Part shown: positions 1-8,574 of the stretch, piece by piece
Position numbering within the stretch: the stretch's first letter is position 1
Layout of the letters: the number at the start of each line of letters is the position of its first letter
Assembly (NCBI GenBank): GCA_049325335.1
Contig: JBMOMC010000043.1
Span: 277,852-341,851, forward strand
Direction: 5' to 3'
From: Nitrospirota bacterium
GTDB lineage: Bacteria > Nitrospirota > Nitrospiria > 2-01-FULL-66-17
DNA: 64,000 nucleotides
The notes under the pieces: model-generated
Told to the model about the DNA's origin: nothing
Databases searched by the model: none
What the model saw: the letters and a program-made list of their open reading frames with translations, nothing else
Program-made: the position numbers and the translations under genes

Positions 1-160
1 GGGAACCAAATCCGCGCTCACCTCGTTGGGTGAGTCGCTCCGGGAGTTGCGAAAAAAAGCGGGCGCGTCGCAGCAAGGCGTTCGTGAACAGCTCCGGAAG
101 TTGGCGAGGAAGTTGGATGAGGTGGCGCGGAACTGGGAGTAGAGGGCTCGTTCCGCAGGT

Positions 161-979
161 TCACGACGAAAGCAGTCGACGGATCGCGGCGATGTTCGCT
201 TGCGTTTCCGTGGCGCCGATCTGCACGCACTCCATGGCGCGCGAGGCGTCGTGCAGCGCGACGTGGCCCGTGGGGGGGATCAGCAGCAGGTCGGCGCGGC
301 GCGCGGCGAGGCGGGCGAGGTGGTTGCGCGTGATTTCGGCGGCGCGCAGCGCGATTTGCAGGCCGGTCTTGGGTTGGCTGGGCAGAAACGGGTTGTCGGC
401 GTTGTCCGAGACTTCGACGCCCACCACCCGATCTGCGCCGATTTGGCGGGCCGCGTCGACCGGAATGCGGCTGGTCCAGCCGCCGTCCACGAGTAGCCGT
501 CCGTCGTGCGGCACCGGCGGGAACACGCCCGGCAGCGCCACGCTGCCCAACACCGCGGGACGCACCGGCCCGGACGTGTACACGACTTCTTCCCCGGACA
601 CCAGATCCACCGCCACCACTGCCAGCGGGACGCGGGCCTGTTCGAACCCCACGTCCGGGATGAGGTCGTCGAAGTGCTGGTGGAACACCCCGGCTTCCAG
701 CAGCGAGGGTTCGTCCAGCGCGATGCCGCCGCGGCTTTCAGCGACCCGCGCGGTCAGGCGGCTCAACGCCGGGGCAAAGCGGGTAAAAAAATCCGCCATG
801 CGTTGTTCCACGGCGGACAGCGAGGGCGATAACGCGTACAACGCGGCGATCATCGCCCCCATGCTGGTCCCGGCGATGGCGCGGGGGGCGAGCCCCTCGC
901 GCTCCAACACGCGCAACACGCCGAGGTGCGCGAACCCGCGGACGCCTCCTCCGCCCAGGGCCAGTCCGAGCAACGCCAT
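161..979 (-). CDS. Patatin-like phospholipase
   Basis: GGGGVRG glycine loop, GTSMG nucleophile elbow, DGG motif. Confidence 0.92.
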   Translation of the reverse strand: MALLGLALGGGGVRGFAHLGVLRVLEREGLAPRAIAGTSMGAMIAALYALSPSLSAVEQRMADFFTRFAPALSRLTARVAESRGGIALDEPSLLEAGVFHQHFDDLIPDVGFEQARVPLAVVAVDLVSGEEVVYTSGPVRPAVLGSVALPGVFPPVPHDGRLLVDGGWTSRIPVDAARQIGADRVVGVEVSDNADNPFLPSQPKTGLQIALRAAEITRNHLARLAARRADLLLIPPTGHVALHDASRAMECVQIGATETQANIAAIRRLLSS

Positions 980-985
980 CGGCGG

Positions 986-1210
986 TTACTCGGCTTTCGC
1001 AGCCTCCCCGCCGGTTTTGGCCGACTTGGCGTTCAGGCGCGCGTGTTGCGCCGCGGCGGCGCGACGACGGCGCTGAAGCCGTTTCAGCGTTTTGCGAAGG
1101 CCTCGCAACGCGGCGTCCTGCCGCACGGACTCGGACGCGGCGCGGCGCGCCGTCACGTCTTTTTTGGCTTGAGCGATTGCTTTGGATAACTCGTCTGATT
1201 GCGCCATCAC
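986..1210 (-). CDS. Small basic helical hypothetical protein
   Basis: 74-aa ORF with AGGAGA SD, ends 6 nt before the patatin start. Confidence 0.7.
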   Translation of the reverse strand: MMAQSDELSKAIAQAKKDVTARRAASESVRQDAALRGLRKTLKRLQRRRRAAAAQHARLNAKSAKTGGEAAKAE

Positions 1211-1340
1211 GTCTCCTTTTCAATGCGGGTCAATGCGGGCGCGAGCCTACCATACTCACTCCCGCGAGGCAACGCCGTCCCGCGGCCGTGTGTTCGCGTT
1301 GCGCGGCCATCCCCATGTCGATATAATCGAATCACGCGCG

Positions 1341-1517
1341 ATGATGCCGGACGAGCTCACCCAGTTGCAAGGCCGGGAGGTCGAGGTCACCTACGAGGGC
1401 ATCGTGTACCGGGGCCGTCTCGTGGGCGCCGATGAATCGGAGTTGTATCTCATGACTGCCGGCGGAGCATTCAACTTTCCCTTGACGAGCATTACGTCGG
1501 TGCGACCGGCCGCGTAA
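1341..1517 (+). CDS. Small Sm/LSm-like or SH3-like beta-barrel protein (58 aa)
   Basis: LQGREVEVTYEGIVYRGRLVGADESELYL resembles the Sm1 pattern; TTGCGC-17-TATAAT at 1299-1327 precedes ATG 1341. Confidence 0.6.
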   Translation: MMPDELTQLQGREVEVTYEGIVYRGRLVGADESELYLMTAGGAFNFPLTSITSVRPAA

Positions 1518-1540
1518 CCTCCATCATCGACCCCCGATTC

Positions 1541-2482
1541 ATGGCCGACCAATCGGATTCCGCCTCTTGGGCCCCATCGCTCCCCGCCGAACCCGCGGCG
1601 CGCGAGATCTTCGTCGAGGAGCCGCCGCCTCGTCCCGCGTATGGGCTGGCGCTCACATTGTTCATGGCCACCCTGGGGACGACGGTCGCGGCGGGCGCGC
1701 TGATGGACGGAGCGGACATCTTTGCCCGGCCCGCGGAGTTGGTGCGGGGCATCCCGTTTTCGCTCACGTTGATGGCGATCCTGCTCACGCACGAGATGGG
1801 GCACTACATTACGTCGCGCCACTACGGCGTCACCGCCAGTCTGCCGTATTTCATCCCCGCCCCGCCGATTTTTTTCATGATCGGCACGTTCGGGGCGTTT
1901 ATCAATATGCGCTCGCCGATCATGCGCCGCGGCCCCTTGTTGGAGATCGGCGCGATGGGGCCGATTGCGGGGTTCGTGGTGGCGGTGGTGGCGGTGATCG
2001 CGGGGTTAGTGCAGTCATCGGTCCAACCCGCGAACTCGCTCGAGGGCATGAAGCTGGGATCGCCGTTGCTCCTGCACGGTCTCGGCGCGTTACTGATCGA
2101 CGCACCGGGTGAAGGGTATGATCTCGTCCTGCACCCGGTGGCGTTCGCGGGATGGATCGGTCTCTTCGTCACCGCGTTGAATCTCCTCCCCATCGGGCAA
2201 CTCGATGGCGGTCACATCACCTACGCGTTGTTCGGACGACGGCACAAAATGATTTCCATCGTGACGGTCTTGGTGCTCGGGCTGATCGGCTCGCTCGGGA
2301 TTTTCGGGGTGGAGGCATGGCCGGGGTGGCTCGTGTGGGGTATCCTGGGGGCGATGCTCGGCTTGCGTCATCCGCCGGTCATGGATCAAGACGTCCCGCT
2401 GACGCGCCGCCAACGCGTCATTGCGTGGGCGAGTGTCGTTATTTTCGTCCTGACGTTTACGCCCGTGCCGTTTTCGATGTAG
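1541..2482 (+). CDS. Site-2 protease, M50 family membrane metalloprotease
   Basis: HEMGH and NLLPIGQLDGGH motifs, multiple TM segments. Confidence 0.93.
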   Translation: MADQSDSASWAPSLPAEPAAREIFVEEPPPRPAYGLALTLFMATLGTTVAAGALMDGADIFARPAELVRGIPFSLTLMAILLTHEMGHYITSRHYGVTASLPYFIPAPPIFFMIGTFGAFINMRSPIMRRGPLLEIGAMGPIAGFVVAVVAVIAGLVQSSVQPANSLEGMKLGSPLLLHGLGALLIDAPGEGYDLVLHPVAFAGWIGLFVTALNLLPIGQLDGGHITYALFGRRHKMISIVTVLVLGLIGSLGIFGVEAWPGWLVWGILGAMLGLRHPPVMDQDVPLTRRQRVIAWASVVIFVLTFTPVPFSM

Positions 2483-2516
2483 GGGGTCGAGATGTCGAAC
2501 CCGTAGGGGCTACGGG
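2479..2516. repeat. Degenerate GTAG-type REP-like palindrome plus hairpin between convergent genes
   Basis: GTAGGGGGTCGA..TCGAACCC followed by CCCGTAG-GGG-CTACGGG. Confidence 0.4.
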
Positions 2517-3769
2517 TGATCGACGGCCTCTCCCCGTCCGCGCGCCTCGTTGACCCGCTGCAGCAGGATCAATCCGATCAGGAACAAGGCGCCGATGGAC
2601 AACACCGCGGTGCGATGACTCCCGCTCACGCGGGCGATCTCGCCGTAGAGCAATGGACCGATCGTGGCCGCGAACTTGCTCGTCAGGGAAAACAACCCGA
2701 AGAACTCCGCGCCGCGGCCGGGCGGCGCAAAGTGCGCCAGCAGGGTCCGGCTGGCCGCCTGGTTCGCGCCCAATAACGCACCGGTGAACAGGCCGATCGC
2801 GTAGAACTCCTCGGTCGACTGGACGCGCGCGGCCCAGAGGGTCACGCCGATCAACGCCACGAGCGTGATGGAAATGGCGCGCACGGATCCTAACCGGTCC
2901 GTGACCCAGCCGAATCCGCCGGCGCCGGCGGCGGACGAGAGTTGCATGATCAGGAAGAAAATCACCAGATCCTGCGCGGTGAACGCGAGCACTTGGGTGG
3001 CGAAGATGGCGGCAAAGACGAACACCGTATTCACCGCGTCGTTGAACATGAAGTACGCAAAGAAATAGCGGATCAGATTCGGATACCGCCGAAGACCGCG
3101 CAGGGTCGCGCCCACGCGTCGGAGCCCCGCGGTCCAGCGCGAGCCCACGATCGGAACGGGCACAGCGCGTTCCTTGAGCCAGATGAACGTGGGGATGGCG
3201 GCGATGGCAAAGAACGCGGCGGTCAGCGGGAACGCCAGCCGGTACCGCGCGGCGGCCTCGCCGTCCATTCCGCCCGCAAGGAACGGGTACACCAGGGCGA
3301 GCGACGCGAGCCCGCCGATGTACCCCAGCCCCCATCCCCACCCCGACAGGCGGCCGACCGCGTCCGCGGGGGTGAGTTCCTTGAGAAACGCGTCATAAAG
3401 ATGCAGCGCCGCGTTGTACCCCACGTTGGCGACGATGAACAGTCCCAACCCCCACGCCAGATCGCGTGGGCCCACCCACCCCAGGAGGGCGGTCGGGACC
3501 ACGCAGACGGTGGTCATGACAATGAGGTAACGACGTTTGGACGCGGTGGCATCGGCGACCGCGCCGAGGATCGGCGACAATAGGCCGGCGAGCAGCATGG
3601 ACGCGGCGTACCCGCGGCCCCACCACGCCTCGCCGGCCTCCGGCGCGACCACGCGCGTAAAATACACGCTGTACGCGACCGTGACGATGATGGTGGTGAA
3701 GGCCGAATTGGCGAAGTCGTAGCCGGCCCAGGCCCAGCGTTCCCTGATCGGCGCCGACCCGTCAGTCAC
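2510..3769 (-). CDS. MFS transporter, UMF1/Atg22-like family
   Basis: WAWAGYDFANSAF N-terminal motif, about 12 TM helices. Confidence 0.9.
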   Translation of the reverse strand: MTDGSAPIRERWAWAGYDFANSAFTTIIVTVAYSVYFTRVVAPEAGEAWWGRGYAASMLLAGLLSPILGAVADATASKRRYLIVMTTVCVVPTALLGWVGPRDLAWGLGLFIVANVGYNAALHLYDAFLKELTPADAVGRLSGWGWGLGYIGGLASLALVYPFLAGGMDGEAAARYRLAFPLTAAFFAIAAIPTFIWLKERAVPVPIVGSRWTAGLRRVGATLRGLRRYPNLIRYFFAYFMFNDAVNTVFVFAAIFATQVLAFTAQDLVIFFLIMQLSSAAGAGGFGWVTDRLGSVRAISITLVALIGVTLWAARVQSTEEFYAIGLFTGALLGANQAASRTLLAHFAPPGRGAEFFGLFSLTSKFAATIGPLLYGEIARVSGSHRTAVLSIGALFLIGLILLQRVNEARGRGEAVDHP

Positions 3770-4574
3770 GCGAGGACGCGGACGATTGGTTCAGCACGGC
3801 CAACATGGCGTCGTGGATCTTGCCGTTGGTCGCGAGCACTTCGGGAATGTCGGGGGAGAAGGGGCGGCCGGAAAAGTCGGTCACGCGTCCGCCCGCTTCT
3901 TCCACGATGATCTGTCCCGCTGCGGTATCCCAGGGTGAGAGCGAGAGTTCCCAAAACCCGTCGGAGCGGCCCGCCGCCACGTAACACAGGTCCAGCGCCG
4001 CGGACCCCGTGCGTCGCACCCCGCGCACCACGCGGCTCACGGCTTCAAAGTGCGTGAAGTTCGCATTGGTGTCGTGTTTGGGGTCGTACGCGAATCCGGT
4101 GACCACCAAGCTGTGGCCGAGTTTCTTGGTCGCCGAAACCGAGAGGGCAGTCCCGTTGAGCGAGGCGCCGTGGCCGCGGACCGCGGTGAACAGCTCATCG
4201 CGCACGGGATCGAACACCACGCCCAGGATCGCATGGTCGTCCTGCCGCAGCCCGATGGAGACGCAGAAAAACGGGAAACGATGGGCGTAATTGGTGGTGC
4301 CGTCGAGTGGGTCGATCAGCCAGCGGTACTGGGCGCCGGTGGCGCGGTTGGACCCTTCCTCCGCTAAGATGTCGTGGTCGGGCGTGTGGGCTCGCAGTCG
4401 TTCCACCACGGCCCGTTCCGCGGCCACGTCGATCTGGGTCACCAGGTTGATGGCGCCCTTGTACCGAATGTCGAGCGCGTCGGACATTCCGCGTCGGATA
4501 ATGTCCCCCGCGGCGCGCGCCGCGTCCACGGCCAGGCGAAGCCATGCCGCGTAGTCCGTTTCGGTGCGAGGCAT
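3762..4574 (-). CDS. suhB: Inositol monophosphatase family protein
   Basis: WLIDPLDGTTNY, GSAALDLCYVAAGR, WDTAAG motifs; start placed 7 nt after a TGnTATGAT -10 box. Confidence 0.92.
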   Translation of the reverse strand: MPRTETDYAAWLRLAVDAARAAGDIIRRGMSDALDIRYKGAINLVTQIDVAAERAVVERLRAHTPDHDILAEEGSNRATGAQYRWLIDPLDGTTNYAHRFPFFCVSIGLRQDDHAILGVVFDPVRDELFTAVRGHGASLNGTALSVSATKKLGHSLVVTGFAYDPKHDTNANFTHFEAVSRVVRGVRRTGSAALDLCYVAAGRSDGFWELSLSPWDTAAGQIIVEEAGGRVTDFSGRPFSPDIPEVLATNGKIHDAMLAVLNQSSASSRD

Positions 4575-4599
4575 GGGGGGCATCATACCACGCGCCGCA

Positions 4600-4629
4600 T
4601 TGACACGTTCTTGGACGCGGCGCTACGAT
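4600..4629 (+). promoter_or_regulatory. Sigma70-type promoter
   Basis: TTGACA-18-TACGAT. Confidence 0.6.
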
Positions 4630-4662
4630 CGCCGGGGACCAACCGTAACCAGGAGGTGGGTG

Positions 4663-4959
4663 ATGCGAATGGTGACGACGATACTGACGGTCGGCGCGGC
4701 GGTCGCGTTGACGCTCGCTCAGCCGGAGGGTGCGCTGGCGTGTAAGGCCGCGGGTACGTTTACGCACGTGGGCGTGGTGACGGCGGTGGATCCGACCGCG
4801 CTGACCGTGACGATCAACGACGCGGAAACCGGCCATCCGATGACGTTTTCCGCCACCGCCGAGCAGCTCAAGACCGTGAAGACCGGCGACGAGGTGGTCA
4901 TCGGATTTTTGGAAGAACAAGGCGGGAAAATGACCGCGGTGAAGATTCGTACGACGTAA
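4663..4959 (+). CDS. Small secreted OB-fold protein, CusF-like, possibly metal-binding
   Basis: AGGAGG SD, signal peptide ending ALA, GVVTAVD...VTI...MTF...VKTGDEV pattern. Confidence 0.65.
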   Translation: MRMVTTILTVGAAVALTLAQPEGALACKAAGTFTHVGVVTAVDPTALTVTINDAETGHPMTFSATAEQLKTVKTGDEVVIGFLEEQGGKMTAVKIRTT

Positions 4960-4985
4960 CCGCGTCCCGGTCGGGACTACCCGGA

Positions 4986-5990
4986 CTACGGCGCGGGGAC
5001 GAAGGGAAGCGATACCACGGTCGCGAGGATTCGCGGCTCCGCGCCGAGCGCGACCGTGGTTCCCGGGGCTTCGAGCGAGCGGTGCACGTAGCCCAGCGCA
5101 ATGACGCGGCCGAGCGCGGGCGAGACGATGGATGACGTGACGTAACCGATGTCCTTGGCGTCGTCGGCGGCGACGATCCGCGTTCCCGCGGGCAGCGGGC
5201 GATCCGTGTCGGGATGGAGGCCCACGAGCAGGCGATTGACGTGCCCGTAGGTTTTGATGCGGGCGATGGTTTCCTGTCCCATGTAGCACCCCTTGGTGTA
5301 GCTGACGGCCCGATCCTCGATCCGGGCCTCGGGCGGGAAGTTCTCCTCGCTCATGTCGAGGCCGAACCGAGGAACGCCGCTTTCGATGCGGACGATCTCC
5401 AAGGCGGAGGGATCCGCGGCGCTCGCGCCGGCCGCATGCAGCGCGTCGCGGATGGCCGCGGTTGCTTCGGTCGGCGCGAGAATTTTGTATCCCGGCGTTC
5501 CCGGATACCCGGCTTCCGCGACGATGACGCGGTGGTGGTTCCACTCCATGTCGCATACGGCCAAGGTGCCGGGCGGGAATGAACGTGTGGGCAAGGCGGC
5601 CGCCAGCACCTTCGCCGCTGAGGGACCGAACAGACCCAGCAGGCCGTGCGACGCGGCGAGGTTCGACACCACAGCGTCGGTGCCGATGGTGTACCGGGAC
5701 AGGAGCGCGGGCAGCTTGTCCGCCACCTCGGGTTCAGCGTCCACCCACCACCAATCTGATAAGGCATACACGGTGAGATCGGCTTGCATCTTGCCTTTGC
5801 CGGTGAGCACGGCCGCGTACAGACCCTGCCCGGGATGCAACGCGCTGACATCGTTGGTGAGGATGCCCTGCAAAAATTTGGCGCGCGCCGCGCCCGTCAC
5901 GCGGAGCCGCGGACGCGGCGTACAATCCAGCAGCCCGGCGCCGGCGCGCAACACGCGATAGTCGTGATCGATCCCTTGGGTGGTCGCCAT
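4986..5990 (-). CDS. ygfZ: YgfZ/GcvT-family folate-binding Fe-S maintenance protein
   Basis: KGCYMGQE signature, GcvT-like fold motifs. Confidence 0.88.
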   Translation of the reverse strand: MATTQGIDHDYRVLRAGAGLLDCTPRPRLRVTGAARAKFLQGILTNDVSALHPGQGLYAAVLTGKGKMQADLTVYALSDWWWVDAEPEVADKLPALLSRYTIGTDAVVSNLAASHGLLGLFGPSAAKVLAAALPTRSFPPGTLAVCDMEWNHHRVIVAEAGYPGTPGYKILAPTEATAAIRDALHAAGASAADPSALEIVRIESGVPRFGLDMSEENFPPEARIEDRAVSYTKGCYMGQETIARIKTYGHVNRLLVGLHPDTDRPLPAGTRIVAADDAKDIGYVTSSIVSPALGRVIALGYVHRSLEAPGTTVALGAEPRILATVVSLPFVPAP

Positions 5991-6070
5991 ACACGGGCCT
6001 CGGTGGTGGTTCGGCATCTTACCACAGGCGTTTGGAGCCCAACAATGAACCGGGTTTTGGGCGCTTTTCG

Positions 6071-6099
6071 TTGACAACGTCGTGACGTTGGAGGATAAT
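6071..6099 (+). promoter_or_regulatory. Sigma70 promoter with palindromic spacer
   Basis: TTGACA-17-GATAAT; CAACGTC-GT-GACGTTG inverted repeat at 6075-6090. Confidence 0.6.
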
Positions 6100-6127
6100 G
6101 CGGACCGTTTAGCTACGGAGGGGATAC

Positions 6128-6571
6128 ATGTCGGGTCGGAGTATGGTGGTTGCTGGTGCGGCGGCGTTGATGGTGATGGCGGCCGGGACGGGGTGCTACG
6201 GCAAGAAGGAGGCGCCCAAGCCCGCGACCATCTCGGGAACCGTGACGGTGGCTCCTGAGCTGGCCAAAGACCTGACGCCGGAGCACATTTTATTTATCGT
6301 GGTTCGCCCGGCCGACGCGCCGCCGTTCGGTCCGCCGGTCGCCGCGCATAAGATGACGAACTTGACGTTTCCGGTTCAGTTCACGGTGTCGCAGAAAGAC
6401 GTGTTTTTCGAGGGCGTGACGCTCGAAGGCAAGGTGAACGTCTACGCGAAGCTGGACAAGGATGGGAATGCGGGGCCTCCGGAGCCCGGAGATCTTGAAG
6501 GAGAATTCAAGGGCAATCCGATTATGGTCGGAGCCACCGGCGTTGACATCGTCGTCGATAAGATCCACTGA
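6128..6571 (+). CDS. Lipoprotein resembling the CcmI/CycH C-terminal Ig-like domain
   Basis: Lipobox-like GTGC; ISGTVTV...LFIVVR...PVAA...FPVQF...YAKLDKDGNA...GDLEG pattern. Confidence 0.7.
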   Translation: MSGRSMVVAGAAALMVMAAGTGCYGKKEAPKPATISGTVTVAPELAKDLTPEHILFIVVRPADAPPFGPPVAAHKMTNLTFPVQFTVSQKDVFFEGVTLEGKVNVYAKLDKDGNAGPPEPGDLEGEFKGNPIMVGATGVDIVVDKIH

Positions 6572-6620
6572 TTCCCCACCCCCTCAGAAGCCGCCGTCTC
6601 CGGCCGCCGGCCCTCCCGCA

Positions 6621-6716
6621 GTGTCCTGCGAACTCTGCGGCGCTCCCATGCTGGACATCCATTGTAAACTCGTGTGTCGCCGCTGCGGGTACATGCGCGA
6701 CTGTTCGGACCCGTGA
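6621..6716 (+). CDS. Tiny CxxCG-type zinc-finger microprotein (start uncertain)
   Basis: CELCGAPMLDIHCKLVCRRCGYMRDCSDP. Confidence 0.6.
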   Translation: MSCELCGAPMLDIHCKLVCRRCGYMRDCSDP

Positions 6717-6871
6717 TTAGGCGGCCGCTTCCCAAGATAGTCCTTTACAGCGGAGTGACCTCCGGTTACCTTGTACCGCGCCAGGGCGGGCGCGTAGGCC
6801 TCTCCACCGCCAAGCGGGCCCTCAACGATGCGGGTCCGGCATTACACACCTTCAGGGAAGGAGGAACCAGA

Positions 6872-8251
6872 ATGAAACGACATCTGGTGTTCGGAACGGT
6901 CCTTGCGGCCTTGGTCGGCGTGTCAACGCCGTCATGGGCGCTGGATGTCAAATGGGGCGGGGATTACCGATTGCGGGGGTTCTACAACAACAACCTGACG
7001 GATCAGGAGTATGGTCGTGATACTGAGAACGACAGCGCGGCGTACTACTCGTCGCGGTTCTTACTCACGACGGCGTTTACCGAGGAGAACGTCAGCGGGG
7101 TCACGACGTTGATCATTGGCCAGACGGGCGGAAACGGGAATCGGCTGTTGGGTGGCGGCATCGATGCAGGTGATCCTTCCGGTGTGTACGGTCCGGAGGC
7201 CGGTAGTACCGTTGGTTTTTTGGAAGCGTACATCAAGGCTGATTTTGGTGGGTGGGGATTTGCGGGCGGCCGCAAGGTCTATAAGCTCGGGCACGGCATT
7301 GTGTTGGATGACGCGGTTGATGGTCTGTGGTTCGATGCCAGGCTTGGAGAGACGGATGTCACGTTCGGGGCCTTGAAGCTGATCGAGCACACGAACGATC
7401 CTCTTATCGGAATCGGCAATACCACCACTGGCAGGGGAACCGGCGGCGACACGGATTTCTACGTGGTCAACGCGGCCTTCGGCAAAATGTTCGGCGGCAT
7501 GCACACGGACGTATTCCTCGGATACCTCAGTGATCGTGAGGCGGCTCTGTTCGGTGGCGGCGGGGTCGGTGCCAGTGGCGATGACGCGACCATGTGGGTG
7601 TTGGGTGCGATGGATGGCCGCGTGGTGGGCCCGGCTCACCTGCACGGAGAAATCGACTTCTTTCACGGGAAGGCTTCGGTTGGCGGCGTTGACGATGATC
7701 TCAAAGGTCTGAACCTGACCGTGGGCGCGAAGCTCGACGGGGCGGTGCCGCTTGGGGTCGACCTCATCTATACGAGCGGACAAGACGCTTCGTCCACGGA
7801 CGAAAGGAATGTCAACGGTTTAAACGGCAATTACCCGATCGGGATCATCATCACCAATACCGGCGCGCGTTCGCTGGATACCAAAGACGGGACGTGTTTG
7901 TCTCTCGGCGGTCCGTCAACGTCCCTCGGAGGGTCAAACGGGTGCATCGACGGGGCGGGCCTGACGGCGGTGAAGCTCTCAAGCGGGATGACGCATGGAC
8001 CCCACGTTATTGATGTTGCGCTCATCTGGGCCCGGTCAACCGAGGACCCGGATGGCAGTGGTGCTGGGAACCCCGCCGGGGAGGATATCGGGGTCGAACT
8101 TGATGCCACCCTTACCTGGGCGCTCACAAAGAAGCTGAGTTTGTTGGCGGGCCTGGGTTATTTGCGGGCGGGAGATTTCTTTGAGGACGGAACGAATGAC
8201 GATCCTGACGCAGCCACGGTCGGGGTGCTGCAAGTCAGCTACACGTTTTAG
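6872..8251 (+). CDS. Outer-membrane beta-barrel porin (alginate-export/OmpJ-like)
   Basis: AAGGAGG SD, signal peptide, WGGDYRLRG, amphipathic beta strands, C-terminal YTF. Confidence 0.82.
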   Translation: MKRHLVFGTVLAALVGVSTPSWALDVKWGGDYRLRGFYNNNLTDQEYGRDTENDSAAYYSSRFLLTTAFTEENVSGVTTLIIGQTGGNGNRLLGGGIDAGDPSGVYGPEAGSTVGFLEAYIKADFGGWGFAGGRKVYKLGHGIVLDDAVDGLWFDARLGETDVTFGALKLIEHTNDPLIGIGNTTTGRGTGGDTDFYVVNAAFGKMFGGMHTDVFLGYLSDREAALFGGGGVGASGDDATMWVLGAMDGRVVGPAHLHGEIDFFHGKASVGGVDDDLKGLNLTVGAKLDGAVPLGVDLIYTSGQDASSTDERNVNGLNGNYPIGIIITNTGARSLDTKDGTCLSLGGPSTSLGGSNGCIDGAGLTAVKLSSGMTHGPHVIDVALIWARSTEDPDGSGAGNPAGEDIGVELDATLTWALTKKLSLLAGLGYLRAGDFFEDGTNDDPDAATVGVLQVSYTF

Positions 8252-8273
8252 ATCTTACACACAGGGTTTCTCG

Positions 8274-8308
8274 CAGGGGGCCGGTCCATGACCGGCCTCC
8301 TGTTATTT
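8274..8308 (+). terminator. Intrinsic terminator of the porin gene
   Basis: CAGGGGGCCGGTC-CAT-GACCGGCCTCCTG followed by TTATTT. Confidence 0.7.
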
Positions 8309-8337
8309 GTGGGTCACGGCGACTTGCCACCAGCGGC

Positions 8338-8365
8338 TTGACAACTCCGCGCCTCCTGCTATCGT
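8338..8365 (+). promoter_or_regulatory. Sigma70 promoter of the riboswitch-lipoprotein transcript
   Basis: TTGACA-16-TATCGT with extended TG. Confidence 0.55.
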
Positions 8366-8391
8366 CAACCACGTTGTTTGCGGGATGGAGC

Positions 8392-8485
8392 CCGGAACAA
8401 AGGCAAACCAGTCGAAAGGCTGGGACGCAAAGCTTCAAGGCTTCGCTGTCGAATGGTCGACGGCATGCTAGTTGGGCCGCTCCGG
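8392..8485 (+). ncRNA. c-di-GMP-I (GEMM) riboswitch aptamer
   Basis: GGCAAACCAGTC-GAAA-GGCTGGGACGCAAAGC core; P1 CCGGA/TCCGG; residues equivalent to G20, A47 and C92 present. Confidence 0.93.
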
Positions 8486-8523
8486 TCATACTCCGTCTCG
8501 TTACACGGAGGTTGATTTGTGCG

Positions 8524-8558
8524 GCCCAGTTCTGGAGGGAACTGGGCTTTTTCTTTTT
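8524..8558 (+). terminator. Riboswitch expression-platform terminator
   Basis: GCCCAGTTC-TGGAGG-GAACTGGGC followed by TTTTTCTTTTT, upstream of SD and ATG 8575. Confidence 0.85.
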
Positions 8559-8574
8559 GGGGAGGAGGAAGGTC

